This document shows positions 8,291 through 18,543 of a stretch of 64,000 nucleotides of DNA, piece by piece. How positions within the stretch are numbered: the stretch's first letter is position 1; the number at the start of each line of letters is the position of its first letter. The position numbers were made by a program, and so were the translations under genes. The DNA is taken from positions 11,979 through 75,978 of the forward strand of contig CAZIID010000001.1 of assembly GCA_964539415.1 (NCBI GenBank), given 5' to 3'. Source of the stretch: an uncultured Candidatus Saccharibacteria bacterium (GTDB lineage: Bacteria; Patescibacteriota; Minisyncoccia; Phycocordibacterales; GWA1-40-21). The notes below the pieces were generated by a model. It searched no databases. It was given only the letters and a program-made list of their open reading frames with translations, and was not told the origin of the DNA.

Positions 8291-10237
8291 ATGAATCATC
8301 TTGAAGGTTTAAACGAGCAACAGAAGGCGGCAGTCCTCCAAAAGGACGGCCCAATACTTATAATCGCAGGTGCCGGTGCAGGAAAAACAAAAACAATCAC
8401 ACATAGGATAATGCATTTAATAAAAGAAGGAGTCGCACCACACGAAATACTTGCTATCACTTTTACAAACAAGGCAGCAAAAGAAATGAGAGAGAGGGTA
8501 GAAAAAATAATCTCCGAAGACAACTCCCTTAACCTTCCTATAAAAAATAATGAGAGACCTTTTCTCAGTACCTTTCACTCTCTTGGAGTTCACATCATAA
8601 AAGAGAACAGTCGGCTTGTTGGAGTTTCAAGAAACTTCTCCATTATGGATAGAAGTGATTCAAAAAGAATTATCAAAGATATTCTTAAGTATCTTGATAT
8701 AGATCCGAAACAATATGAGCCTGGAAAAATAATTTCCGCTATTTCTATGGAAAAAAGCAATTTGAACTCACCTGAAAATTTTCTGGAAACTGCCGATAAA
8801 AAAGGGTATACAATGTCTTCTGTTGTAGCACGAGTTTGGCCATTATATGAAAAAAAACTTCTAGAAGAAAAAGCTTTGGACTTTGATGATTTGCTTTTGA
8901 AAGCTTACAAAATATTAAACGAGAATAAAGACGTCTTGGAACACTATCAAAATGTTTGGAAATATATTCATATAGACGAATATCAAGACACAAACAAAGT
9001 TCAATACATGACAAGCAGACTTTTGGCGCAAAAAAGTAAAAATATTTGTGTTGTGGGAGACATAGACCAAAATATTTATAGTTGGAGAGGTGCAAATATA
9101 GAAAACATTTTAAATTTTGAAAAAGACTACCCAAATGCAAAGGTTATTTTGCTTGAAGAAAATTATCGTTCAACACAGACAATTCTAAATGTTGCAAATA
9201 AAGTTATTTCAAAAAACAAGATGCGCCGTGAGAAAAATCTCTTCACAAAAAATGAAGAGGGAGAAAAAATAACTTATTGTAAAAGTCTAAATGAGAACGA
9301 AGAAGCTAGGTTTATAGCCAGAAAAGCGCAGAAGCTTATAGCAGATGGTGTTAACCCACAGGAAATGGCTGTGCTCTATAGAGCAAACTTTCAATCTCGT
9401 GTATTAGAAGAAGCTTTTATTTCAGAGAGCGTTCCTTACCAAGTCCTCGGTACAAAATTCTTTGAAAGAAAAGAAGTCAAAGATGTTTTGTGTTATCTTC
9501 GTGCCTCAATGAATCCAGAAAGTTTAAGTGATCTCAAAAGAATAATAAATATTCCTGCTCGAGGTATAGGCAAGGTTACAATGATGAAAATATTTGAAGG
9601 TAGAAAAGATTCACTCCCTGACACAATAAAAATTAAGGTGAATGATTTCTTTTCTTTATTACAGAGAATAAAAAATGAAACTGCAGAAAAAAAACCTTCT
9701 GAAATAATTAAATACATAATAAGAGAAAGTGGTTTAGAAAGAGAAATGCAAGGTGGGGGAGATGAAGACAAAGAAAGGTTAGAAAACATGCGTGAACTTG
9801 CAACTCTTGCAATAAAATATGATGTCTATCCAAAGCCTGAAGGTATAGAAAAACTTTTAGAAGAAGCTTCACTTGCAACTGACCAAGATTCTTTAGAAAA
9901 AAATGAGAAGGCAGTTAAACTTATGACTGTTCACGCATCAAAAGGACTTGAGTTTGACTATGTTTTTATCACTGGACTTGAAGAAGATCTTTTCCCTCAT
10001 CAAGCAATCGGCAAGGACGAAAAAACACCAGAAGAAATGGAAGAAGAGAGAAGACTGTTTTATGTGGCACTAACAAGAGCAAGAAAAAAGATTTTTCTTA
10101 CCTGCGCAGAAATGAGAACAATTTTCGGTTCACAACAAATGAATCTTCCATCACAATTCTTCGCGGATATTGATTCTGAATTTTTGGAAGAAGAAAACTT
10201 TGAATATCGCGAAAAAATCGTCTACCTAGAGTGGTAG
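8291..10237 (+). CDS. pcrA: UvrD/PcrA/Rep family ATP-dependent DNA helicase
   Basis: Walker A AGAGAGKTKT and the conserved SF1 helicase motifs (TFHSLG, VDEYQDTN, YRSTQ, VHASKGLEFD) are present. Confidence 0.85.
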   Translation: MNHLEGLNEQQKAAVLQKDGPILIIAGAGAGKTKTITHRIMHLIKEGVAPHEILAITFTNKAAKEMRERVEKIISEDNSLNLPIKNNERPFLSTFHSLGVHIIKENSRLVGVSRNFSIMDRSDSKRIIKDILKYLDIDPKQYEPGKIISAISMEKSNLNSPENFLETADKKGYTMSSVVARVWPLYEKKLLEEKALDFDDLLLKAYKILNENKDVLEHYQNVWKYIHIDEYQDTNKVQYMTSRLLAQKSKNICVVGDIDQNIYSWRGANIENILNFEKDYPNAKVILLEENYRSTQTILNVANKVISKNKMRREKNLFTKNEEGEKITYCKSLNENEEARFIARKAQKLIADGVNPQEMAVLYRANFQSRVLEEAFISESVPYQVLGTKFFERKEVKDVLCYLRASMNPESLSDLKRIINIPARGIGKVTMMKIFEGRKDSLPDTIKIKVNDFFSLLQRIKNETAEKKPSEIIKYIIRESGLEREMQGGGDEDKERLENMRELATLAIKYDVYPKPEGIEKLLEEASLATDQDSLEKNEKAVKLMTVHASKGLEFDYVFITGLEEDLFPHQAIGKDEKTPEEMEEERRLFYVALTRARKKIFLTCAEMRTIFGSQQMNLPSQFFADIDSEFLEEENFEYREKIVYLEW

Positions 10238-10245
10238 AATATTAT

Positions 10246-10997
10246 CCACTTGGTAGCGTCGCCACCAAGTGTTATAATCTAAAAATGGGACAAAGAAAAA
10301 CACCTTTCATAAACAATGAACTTTATCATATCTTTAATCGTGGAGTTGATAAAAAAGAAATTTTTATTGAAAAAGAAGATTACTTTCGTTTTATTGAAGA
10401 AATAAAAGAATTTAATATTGATAGACCAATAGGTAGTTTATACGAACTTTCGTTTGAAAGAAAAAAACTTGATAAAAAATCAGCATTTGGTAGCGACGCC
10501 ACCAAATTGGTTGATATTATTGCATATAATATCAATCCTAATCACTTCCATTTAATCTTAAAACAAAAAAAGATGGTGGAATCGGAAAATTTATGCAAAA
10601 AATTGGAACAGGCTATGTAAAATATTTTAATGAAAAAACTCACAGAACTGGTTCACTATTCCAAGGACCATTCAAGTCTGTTCACATTGATAGCAATGAA
10701 TATCTACTTTATTTAAGTGCTTATGTAAATTTAAACGATAAAATACATAAAATAGAAGACTCCTTTGGTTTTTCTAGTCTCCATGAGTATATTCAAGATA
10801 ACAAAGATGGAATGTGTGAAAAATCAATAATATTAGAACAATTTAGCAACAAAAAATATAATTATGAAGAGTTCTTAAATAAATCTCTACAGCAAATGAT
10901 AGAGACAAAAGAAGGTAACAAGAAGATGGAGAAGTATCTTCTGGAAAACTAACCATTGTCTACTAGCTATTTGGTAGCGTCGCTACCAAATAGCTAG
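10246..10997 (+). mobile_element. IS200/IS605-like (RAYT-like) element: Y1 HuH transposase gene flanked by palindromic TTGGTAGCGTCGC(C/T)ACCAA hairpins at 10246-10271 and 10963-10997; a third copy at 10485-10507 lies inside the gene
   Basis: The hairpins are seen directly in the sequence; the right-hand one is a perfect 35-bp palindrome. They flank a transposase whose N-terminus has the YHIFNRG motif. Confidence 0.6.
10285..10952 (+). pseudogene. IS200/IS605-family (REP-associated tyrosine transposase-like) HuH transposase, split by a frameshift in an A7 run near 10561-10572
   Basis: ORF1 has the YHIFNRG motif and the HuH motif NPNHFHLIL. ORF2, in the other frame (10593..10952), continues with KFMQKIGTGYVKYFN...GSLFQGPFKS...YLSAYVNLN (catalytic Tyr region). 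Joining the two frames requires a 1-nt slip within AAACAAAAAAAG. Confidence 0.55.
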
Positions 10998-11017
10998 TAA
11001 ATACATCAAAAACAAAC

Positions 11018-11818
11018 ATGAGTATAAAAGCTAAAAAATCATTAGGGCAAAATTTCCTCAAATCAGGGGCGATTTTAGATAAGATAATAATTGCCGGAAG
11101 CGTGGGTAAAGACGATCTAGTGCTAGAAATAGGCCCTGGAGAGGGTGCGCTCACCGAAAAATTGCTTGAAAAAGCTAAAAAAGTCATTGCTGTTGAAAAA
11201 GACGACAGACTTATTGGTGTTTTAGAGCAAAAATTCGCCAAAAACATAGAAAATGGCTCTTTTGAACTAATTCATGATGATATACTCGAATCAGACATAC
11301 AAAAATACGGCTTAAAATCTGAAGAATACAAGCTTATAGCGAACATTCCATACTATATTACTGGCCAAATTTTCAGAAAATTCCTTTCTGGACCAATTCA
11401 GCCCAATAAAATGGTAGTTTTGGTGCAAAAAGAAGTAGCTCAAAGGGCTGTTGCAAGAGATGAAAAAGAAAGTTTACTCTCTATCAGCATAAAAATCTAC
11501 GGAGAACCAAAAATGATGGGGGTAGTAGCTAGGGGGAACTTCAACCCTGTGCCAAATGTTGATTCAGCAATACTACTTGTGGACAATATTTCAAAGGACT
11601 TCTTTGCCGGTTTCACTGAAGATTCTTTTTTTGAAGTTTTAAAAGCCGGTTTTGCCCACAAAAGGAAACAAATAGCCGGAAATTTAAAAGACTTAATAAA
11701 AGACGGCGAAAAAGTAAGCACTTTGCTCAAAAAATGTGATATAGATGAAAAAAGTAGGGCAGAAGACCTAAATAAAGAAGATTGGGCAAAAATTGTGATA
11801 GAATATGGGGAAATATGA
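11018..11818 (+). CDS. rsmA: 16S rRNA (adenine1518/1519-N6)-dimethyltransferase
   Basis: SLGQNFL motif, SAM-binding LEIGPGEGALT, and overall KsgA architecture. Confidence 0.85.
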   Translation: MSIKAKKSLGQNFLKSGAILDKIIIAGSVGKDDLVLEIGPGEGALTEKLLEKAKKVIAVEKDDRLIGVLEQKFAKNIENGSFELIHDDILESDIQKYGLKSEEYKLIANIPYYITGQIFRKFLSGPIQPNKMVVLVQKEVAQRAVARDEKESLLSISIKIYGEPKMMGVVARGNFNPVPNVDSAILLVDNISKDFFAGFTEDSFFEVLKAGFAHKRKQIAGNLKDLIKDGEKVSTLLKKCDIDEKSRAEDLNKEDWAKIVIEYGEI

Positions 11819-13344
11819 ACAAAAAGTTTTATCTAATGACCTCATTTATAACTGGTTTTGCACTTATGACTGTAGAGTTGTTGGCTTCAAGAATTGTCGC
11901 GCCAATTATAGGTAGTTCTGTCTTTACTTGGACATCAGTTATAGGAACAACTCTTCTAGGTCTTTCTATTGGAAGTTATCTTGGTGGAAAATTATCGGAC
12001 AAATTTAACAATAACTGGCTTTTGCCTTTATCTTTTCTAGTTTCAAGTATTTCGGTATTTTTGATAAACTTTTTCGCAAAATCTGTAGGTTTCATAATAA
12101 ATTCCACAGATTCTATGCTTTTAATAAATTTATTTGTTTCACTGTATCTTTTTCTGCCTTCAGCCTTATTTATAGGGACCATACAACCAATCGTATTAAA
12201 GAAATACGCGGATAATATATCAAATATCGGCAAAGAATATGGTCTGTTGTCTTCATTGTGGTCTCTTGGAAGCATATTGGGGGTATTCCTTTCCGGCTTC
12301 TATTTTGTTTCAAATATAGGAAGTTTTGAGACACTAAATATGATATCTATTATTCTTTTAATATTGAGCATTGCCTTTTCTTATAAAAATAAAAGGTCTT
12401 TGACATTAAATCTAGTTATTTTGCTGATATTCTTAACAATCATATTCCTAATACCTAAAGTAAATCAAAAAAACAATAAAATTTTGTTTGAAAAAGAGAC
12501 AAACTACTACAAAATAAGGATAGTAGACAGAAACCTCCCCAAATATGGCGACACGAGGTTTCTTTTTTTAGATATAGACTCACACAATGAAATAGCAAAA
12601 GATGCAGATATAGATTCTTACACAAAAATATATCCGATATTCTCCGATATTAACGCCGATATGCAAAAAATGCTCGTAATCGGTGCTGGTGCTTATGAAA
12701 TACCTCAGTATTTAAAAGAAAATTATAAAAATTCAGATATAACCGTCTTAGAAGTTGACCCAGAGATAGAAAAAGTTGGAGAAATGTTTTTTGACTTAAA
12801 ACCGAAAGAAATCAAGACAAAGATCACTGATGCAAGGGTATTTTTCTCAAAAACAAGTCAAAAATATGACTTAATCTTTGGTGATGCTTATAATTCATTC
12901 ATTTCTGTCCCTTGGTATCTACTTACAGATCAATTTAATAAAGAAGTTTATGAAAAATTAACAGAAAATGGCATATATGCATTAAATTTTATAGGAAAAA
13001 TAGAAGGTAACGGTAGCGAATTAACAAAAAGCATTGCCACAACATTTAAAAAAACCTTTAAAAATAGCCTTATATTAAAATACGGAAATTTAGATAATTC
13101 TGTACAAAACATAGTGCTTATTGGTATTAAAGGAGAGGTAGAAATAAATTCAATTATTAACAAAATAACGAGAAATCATCCATCTCTTGCAGAAAAAATA
13201 CTTTCAAAAGAGAAAACGGACGAATTGACTTCATCAGGTCAAATCTTGACCGACAACTTTTCACCGATTGAAAAACTAATCAGCCCAATCACACAAGAAT
13301 ATTTTACTGAATACATTCGGTTCTTAGAAAAATTAAAAATATAA
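11815..13344 (+). CDS. Polytopic membrane protein fused to a spermidine synthase-like (class I SAM-dependent aminopropyltransferase-fold) domain
   Basis: About 7 N-terminal TM helices, then VIGAGAYEIP...VLEVDPEIEKVGEMFF...FGDAYNS, typical of the spermidine synthase fold. The ATG at 11815 overlaps the rsmA stop (ATGA). Confidence 0.55.
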   Translation: MNKKFYLMTSFITGFALMTVELLASRIVAPIIGSSVFTWTSVIGTTLLGLSIGSYLGGKLSDKFNNNWLLPLSFLVSSISVFLINFFAKSVGFIINSTDSMLLINLFVSLYLFLPSALFIGTIQPIVLKKYADNISNIGKEYGLLSSLWSLGSILGVFLSGFYFVSNIGSFETLNMISIILLILSIAFSYKNKRSLTLNLVILLIFLTIIFLIPKVNQKNNKILFEKETNYYKIRIVDRNLPKYGDTRFLFLDIDSHNEIAKDADIDSYTKIYPIFSDINADMQKMLVIGAGAYEIPQYLKENYKNSDITVLEVDPEIEKVGEMFFDLKPKEIKTKITDARVFFSKTSQKYDLIFGDAYNSFISVPWYLLTDQFNKEVYEKLTENGIYALNFIGKIEGNGSELTKSIATTFKKTFKNSLILKYGNLDNSVQNIVLIGIKGEVEINSIINKITRNHPSLAEKILSKEKTDELTSSGQILTDNFSPIEKLISPITQEYFTEYIRFLEKLKI

Positions 13345-13389
13345 ATTAAAAAATTTGTAATAGAATATATAAATGATATAATTTATTAA

Positions 13390-14337
13390 ATGCAAAATCT
13401 TAGACAATATCTTCCGTCAAAAAAGTTCGCTATTATTTTAATCTCTATTATTGTTGCATTAGTAATCATCTTTATAACAAAAACTTTTGTTAACATTAAA
13501 GACTCAGGCGAAGCAGAGGTAACCGCAGAAGTAAAAAAAGAAATCGCTTTGCGTGAACAATTTTTAGAAGTAGATTCAGACAACGATGGATTGAAAGATT
13601 GGGAAGAATCTTTATGGCAAACCGATCCAAAAAATCCTGACACGGACGGGGACGGCACAAGCGACGGTGCTGAAATAAAAGCTTATAGAGACCCATTGAA
13701 AGCTGGACCTAATGACGGTTTTGACCCAAAAGAAATCGCTGAAACAAAAAAAATTATAGATGAATATGAAAGTCTTAGTGTAACAGAAAAATTTTCAAGA
13801 ACCTTATTTTCTCAATATCTAGCAACACAAAAAGCAGACACTGCTATGTCAGAAAGCGACGCCAACTATCTTGTTGAGAATATGCTCGCTGACCTACCAA
13901 AAGAAACCCTAACAGATAAATATTTATCAAGTGATATTTCTGTGCTGACAGATGCGACAACTGAAGACTTAGATATTTATAGAAGTAAACTCGTGAATAT
14001 ACTTGATAAAAACTTCTGGTCATATTTCACGACTGAGATGACTATTTTCCAAAATGCAATGAGCACAGACAGCAAAGATGAACTTAAAAAATTAGACCCG
14101 ATCATTCAAAGTTATAAAGATGCATCTATCGCAGTAAGTAAATTAAAAACTCCTGAAATATTTAAAACAAATGGTGTTAATATCGCAAACTTATTATATA
14201 ATATGTCCATATCAGTTCAAGGTTTCAAAACTGTTTTTGAAGATTCTATTCCTGCACTCATGGCCTATGATAATTTTTATGTTTATTACAATCTATTAGA
14301 CAAGGAAATTGCTGAATTAAATTTATATAATAACTAA
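13390..14337 (+). CDS. Secreted/membrane-anchored hypothetical protein with a thrombospondin-type-3-like Ca-binding Asp repeat (DSDNDGLKDWEE...DPKNPDTDGDGTSDGAE); first gene of the T4SS-like operon
   Basis: N-terminal TM/signal segment and DxDxDG repeats. Confidence 0.45.
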   Translation: MQNLRQYLPSKKFAIILISIIVALVIIFITKTFVNIKDSGEAEVTAEVKKEIALREQFLEVDSDNDGLKDWEESLWQTDPKNPDTDGDGTSDGAEIKAYRDPLKAGPNDGFDPKEIAETKKIIDEYESLSVTEKFSRTLFSQYLATQKADTAMSESDANYLVENMLADLPKETLTDKYLSSDISVLTDATTEDLDIYRSKLVNILDKNFWSYFTTEMTIFQNAMSTDSKDELKKLDPIIQSYKDASIAVSKLKTPEIFKTNGVNIANLLYNMSISVQGFKTVFEDSIPALMAYDNFYVYYNLLDKEIAELNLYNN

Positions 14338-14338
14338 T

Positions 14339-15994
14339 ATGTCAAAAAATATTGCAAAAAAAATCTTCTCCTTACTTCTTATCGTTTCTATAATTTCTCC
14401 GACCATTTTCCTTGCAATACCGCAAAAGACGGAAGCTATAACAGTTATAGATGTGAAGCAATTTGCAATTCAAGTCTATTCTGAAGGCAAAAAGATGTTA
14501 GTTAAAGTTATATTACAACAACTTACACAACAAATAGTAAATTGGATAGACAGCGGTTTTGACGGAAACCCAGCTTTCATTCAAAATCCTTCTGGTTTTT
14601 TGACTTCCGTGGCAGACCAGACTATTGGAGAATTTATTTTTAATGAAGAGGGATTAAAATTTTTGTGTGATCCATTTAAAATTCAAATACAACTTGCTTT
14701 GGGCTTGCAGTATCAGCCTTTCAAAGCAAAAGTTAACTGTACTTTATCAGATATTCTTACAAATACCGAGAATGCTTATAATGATTTTGTTGGTGGTGAC
14801 TTTATAAATGGAGGAGGGTGGGACTCTTGGTTTAGTCTTACAACAAACCCTGCAAATTCTCCCCAAGGAGCATTTCTTATAGCAAAAAGCGAGCTTGACG
14901 CAAGAATAGTAACATCACAAGAAAACTCTGACAGAGAGGTTGGTTGGGGACAAGGATCTTTATCCTTACAAAAGTGTACAGAAACTGAATATGAAGTTTC
15001 CAAAGATGGAACTAAAAAAGAAATAGGTAAAAATAGTTTTACTGGAAATCCTTTTTATAAAGAGGCTGACTATCAAACAAAAAATGACGACGAATCGTCT
15101 GCAGGACGAGGATGGGCAAAAGTTTCTTCAGCAGATGATTTCACCTATAAAGCAAAAGAAACAAAGTGTGCCGTAACAACACCGGGACAAATTATTGTTG
15201 AAAAATTTAGATTCTCAGATACCTCTTTTATAAGGACAATGGAGCTTGAAAGTGTTATGGGTGAATCTATAAATGCAATTGGTTCTGCTCTTGTGAATCA
15301 ACTTACTAAACAGCTTATGGCACAAGTCCAAGGTATGGCATCGGGAATCCTTGGAAATAAAAATGATGCTCCAGACTACAAGAAACAAGTTGAAGAGCAA
15401 CTTAAGCTTCTAGAAGAACAGCAAAATTCTCAAATAAACTCTGGAGGAACAAATAACGGCACTAATACAACTGACAATCTTTCAAATACAAGAAATCAAG
15501 CAATCTCGGCAATAAATAACCAACTAGAGATAGAAAATAACTATATTCAAGTCCGATCAGATGCAAAGACATTACTTGAAAACACAAGCGACGCATACAC
15601 AAATGCAAGAATCTGTGTAAATAGATTGGGTGGAACAGAAGCAGTAATAAGATCCACAATGTTTACCGACAGAATAAACATAATTCAAGGAAATATGACT
15701 GGGCCGGTCATTGGTGGTCAAGTTGTAAATATAAAAACCATTACTGAACAAAACGCAGTTGCAAGATCAAACAAAGATCAGCTTAATTCAAGAAAAGATA
15801 CTATCCCTTCTGCAACAAGTATACAAAATATCAACTCTGCAATATCTGGAATAACATCTGCTCCATTTCACGCTCAATCTGATATAAAAGAAAATCTCTT
15901 TACGACGAAAGTTGAAGATTGGGTCAAACAAGAGATATCAAGTTATGCTTCGCCAGACAAACCCTGCTCATTTACTTTTGATTCTTTGAAATAA
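14339..15994 (+). CDS. Secreted hypothetical protein (signal peptide), part of the T4SS-like operon
   Basis: N-terminal signal peptide. A 1-nt gap separates it from the previous gene. No recognisable domain. Confidence 0.4.
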   Translation: MSKNIAKKIFSLLLIVSIISPTIFLAIPQKTEAITVIDVKQFAIQVYSEGKKMLVKVILQQLTQQIVNWIDSGFDGNPAFIQNPSGFLTSVADQTIGEFIFNEEGLKFLCDPFKIQIQLALGLQYQPFKAKVNCTLSDILTNTENAYNDFVGGDFINGGGWDSWFSLTTNPANSPQGAFLIAKSELDARIVTSQENSDREVGWGQGSLSLQKCTETEYEVSKDGTKKEIGKNSFTGNPFYKEADYQTKNDDESSAGRGWAKVSSADDFTYKAKETKCAVTTPGQIIVEKFRFSDTSFIRTMELESVMGESINAIGSALVNQLTKQLMAQVQGMASGILGNKNDAPDYKKQVEEQLKLLEEQQNSQINSGGTNNGTNTTDNLSNTRNQAISAINNQLEIENNYIQVRSDAKTLLENTSDAYTNARICVNRLGGTEAVIRSTMFTDRINIIQGNMTGPVIGGQVVNIKTITEQNAVARSNKDQLNSRKDTIPSATSIQNINSAISGITSAPFHAQSDIKENLFTTKVEDWVKQEISSYASPDKPCSFTFDSLK

Positions 15995-16038
15995 GATTTA
16001 AGCAGAATTTAGTTGTGTGTTATAATTAGTTGCAAATA

Positions 16039-18543
16039 ATGCCAAGGAAGTTTTTTAAAATAATTTTTTCCGTATTTATCTTAATCACGGTTTTTAACTT
16101 TGCCCCATTTTCTGAAAAAGGGGAGGGGTTTGGTATTAAAAAATTAAATGCACAATCAACAGATTTGGGTAATGTTCCTTTTCAATATACAGCACCGAAC
16201 CCAATCAACGACTCAAATAGCGGGATACCGAATACTACGACACCTGCAAACACAAATACACAAACTCCACCAGCAACAGACCAAACTGTAAATACAACAA
16301 ACCCTAAGACGCCAGCAACCACAAATCCGAATACAGCAAATGTTGATAATAACCTTGCAAATAATCCTGCTTATAATACCCAGAATACAACCCAAGTAGG
16401 AAAAACAAACACAACTTATAAGGCTGCACCAACAGAAAAAAGTATTCAACAAATAAAGAATGAAATCGAACAAAAAAACCTTGAAATAACAAGACTTGGT
16501 GCAAATAAAGCAAGCGCATTAGAAATACAAAAAGCTCAGGCTGAGAGGACTGCCCTTCAAGCTGAACTTGCAAAAGCAGAAGAAAAGAATGTTGAAGCAG
16601 GTAAAAAGTGCAGCGATGGTTTTTTTGGAGCAATATGGTGTTCAGCAAAAGAGGCCGTCTCTGTTATTTTTGAAGGTCCTTTGGGAATTCTTTATTTAAT
16701 CATAAACGGTTTACTTTTACTAATCCAACACCTTGCTCAATGGATTTTCCAAATCGTAGCATCAGTTTTGGACTTTGCCATAATATTTTCAATTAATATA
16801 TCAACATATATTTCTCCTATGACTGATAGTATTGATACAACATGGGCTCTAATAAGAGATGTTTTTAATGTCATTTTTGTATTTCTACTACTTTATATAT
16901 CAATAAAAACAATTATTGGGACATCTATCACAACAACAAAACAAATGCTGGGTAGTATTGTTTTAGCAGCTGTTCTTGTTAATTTCAGTATGTTTATTAC
17001 AAAGACATTAATAGATGTAAGCAACCTTATTTCTCTAACACTATATAACAAAGTGACTATAGGTGGTAGTGTCGCTACATATTTTATGCAAGTCACAGGA
17101 ATTACCGAAACATTAAATTCTCCTGTAGTAGGAGGAGGAATAAATTCCATAATTTTTAACTCCACAAATGCAGCCCTTCTAATTATCGCCATCTGGGCAT
17201 TTGGAACCATGGCAATGCTTTTTTTGGTAAGAGGTGCTTTGTTTATTATATTAATAGTAACATCACCTGTTGCTATTGCTGGTTCTTTATTACCAATGAC
17301 TAAAGAATACAGCACAAAATGGTGGGACGCCTTGAACAGTCAACTTTTAGTAGCACCAATCTTTTTTATTTTCTTACTATTAACATTCAAATTTGCAGTC
17401 GGATTAAAAAGTGTACAAATGCCAATAGTGGCAAACAGTGTTGATATGAGCCCAATTTTTAAATATGGATTAATAATTACTATTTTAATAATAGGTACAA
17501 ACATAACAAAAAAGACCTCTGGAGCAGCTGGTCAGATGCTGACAAATATAGCAAAAACAGGAATGGGTATGGCTCTAGGCCTTGCAACTGGAGGGGCAGC
17601 TCTTGCAGGAAGTGCTCTTATTGGAGGTGCAGCTTCGAGAATTATGAGCCCAGACAGAATTGCAAAATTAAAAGAAAGAACCTTACAAGGTGGTATTGGA
17701 GGACAAATCGCCTCTCTACAACTTAAGGTTGGAGAAGCTGCAAAGAAAGGAACATATGATGTCAGAAACACTGGTTTGGGCCAATACACACAGAAAAAGA
17801 CTGGACTTAATTTAGGAACTGGTAACAAAACATCATACTCATCTAGAACTGAGGCTGAAGTTAAAGCAAAAACAGAAAAATTAAAGCTTGCAGATGAGAT
17901 AGTTCAAGACAAAGCGAAAGCTTATGCAAGAACCATCCCTGAAGAAGATCTCAAGACAAAGAGAGAAGGAGATGTTAAAAAGAAAGAAGATAAGATTAAA
18001 GAAAAACATGAAGGGGAAAACCTCAGACTATCAAGAAGAGAGGCTGATATTTCAGACAAAGCCGCGGCAGAATTAAGAAAGACAGCTGAAGAAGCTAGAA
18101 AAGCTACAGAAAAAGCAAGTCAAGATTATAAAGATAACGATGCAAAGAAAAAAGCTGAAATAGATAGAATAGAGGAAGAAAAGAAACGCAAACTTCAAGA
18201 AGTGGTTGAGGATGAAAAGAGAAAGAAAGCCGACCTAGAACAAGACAAAAAAGACCTTGCAGAAAAACAGAAAGAAGAGAAAAAGAAAAATGATGAAGAA
18301 ATTGAAATAATAGAGAGTGACGGTCAATATGCAAATGAAAGAGAAGCAATAAAAGCTGATTTCATAAAAGGAAAAGTAGGAGGAGGAGATAATCTAAATC
18401 TTGAAGCACAAAAACAAAAAAGCTCTTACGCAGAAAGTGTCTCAGCTAGACCATGGCATAAAAAATTATTATCATCAGCACATTATAGAAGAGAAGTAGC
18501 TGAACAAATTAGAGATGCAGCTAGACCTAAAAAAGACAAATGA
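16039..18543 (+). CDS. VirB6/TrbL-like polytopic inner-membrane protein with a T/N/P-rich N-terminal low-complexity region and a K/E-rich coiled-coil C-terminus
   Basis: Signal/TM segment, T-N-P-rich stretch, at least 6 predicted TM helices in the central region, and a charged C-terminal tail. It lies immediately upstream of VirB4-like and PrgI-like genes. The ORF track starts at a TTG at 16030; the ATG at 16039 is more likely. Confidence 0.45.
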   Translation: MPRKFFKIIFSVFILITVFNFAPFSEKGEGFGIKKLNAQSTDLGNVPFQYTAPNPINDSNSGIPNTTTPANTNTQTPPATDQTVNTTNPKTPATTNPNTANVDNNLANNPAYNTQNTTQVGKTNTTYKAAPTEKSIQQIKNEIEQKNLEITRLGANKASALEIQKAQAERTALQAELAKAEEKNVEAGKKCSDGFFGAIWCSAKEAVSVIFEGPLGILYLIINGLLLLIQHLAQWIFQIVASVLDFAIIFSINISTYISPMTDSIDTTWALIRDVFNVIFVFLLLYISIKTIIGTSITTTKQMLGSIVLAAVLVNFSMFITKTLIDVSNLISLTLYNKVTIGGSVATYFMQVTGITETLNSPVVGGGINSIIFNSTNAALLIIAIWAFGTMAMLFLVRGALFIILIVTSPVAIAGSLLPMTKEYSTKWWDALNSQLLVAPIFFIFLLLTFKFAVGLKSVQMPIVANSVDMSPIFKYGLIITILIIGTNITKKTSGAAGQMLTNIAKTGMGMALGLATGGAALAGSALIGGAASRIMSPDRIAKLKERTLQGGIGGQIASLQLKVGEAAKKGTYDVRNTGLGQYTQKKTGLNLGTGNKTSYSSRTEAEVKAKTEKLKLADEIVQDKAKAYARTIPEEDLKTKREGDVKKKEDKIKEKHEGENLRLSRREADISDKAAAELRKTAEEARKATEKASQDYKDNDAKKKAEIDRIEEEKKRKLQEVVEDEKRKKADLEQDKKDLAEKQKEEKKKNDEEIEIIESDGQYANEREAIKADFIKGKVGGGDNLNLEAQKQKSSYAESVSARPWHKKLLSSAHYRREVAEQIRDAARPKKDK

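Noticed and set aside
10485-10507. Treating the internal hairpin copy as the true left end of the IS element
   Set aside because: It lies inside conserved transposase coding sequence, between the N-terminal YHIFNRG motif and the HuH motif. The flanking copies at 10246 and 10963 bracket the complete gene, so those were taken as the element ends.
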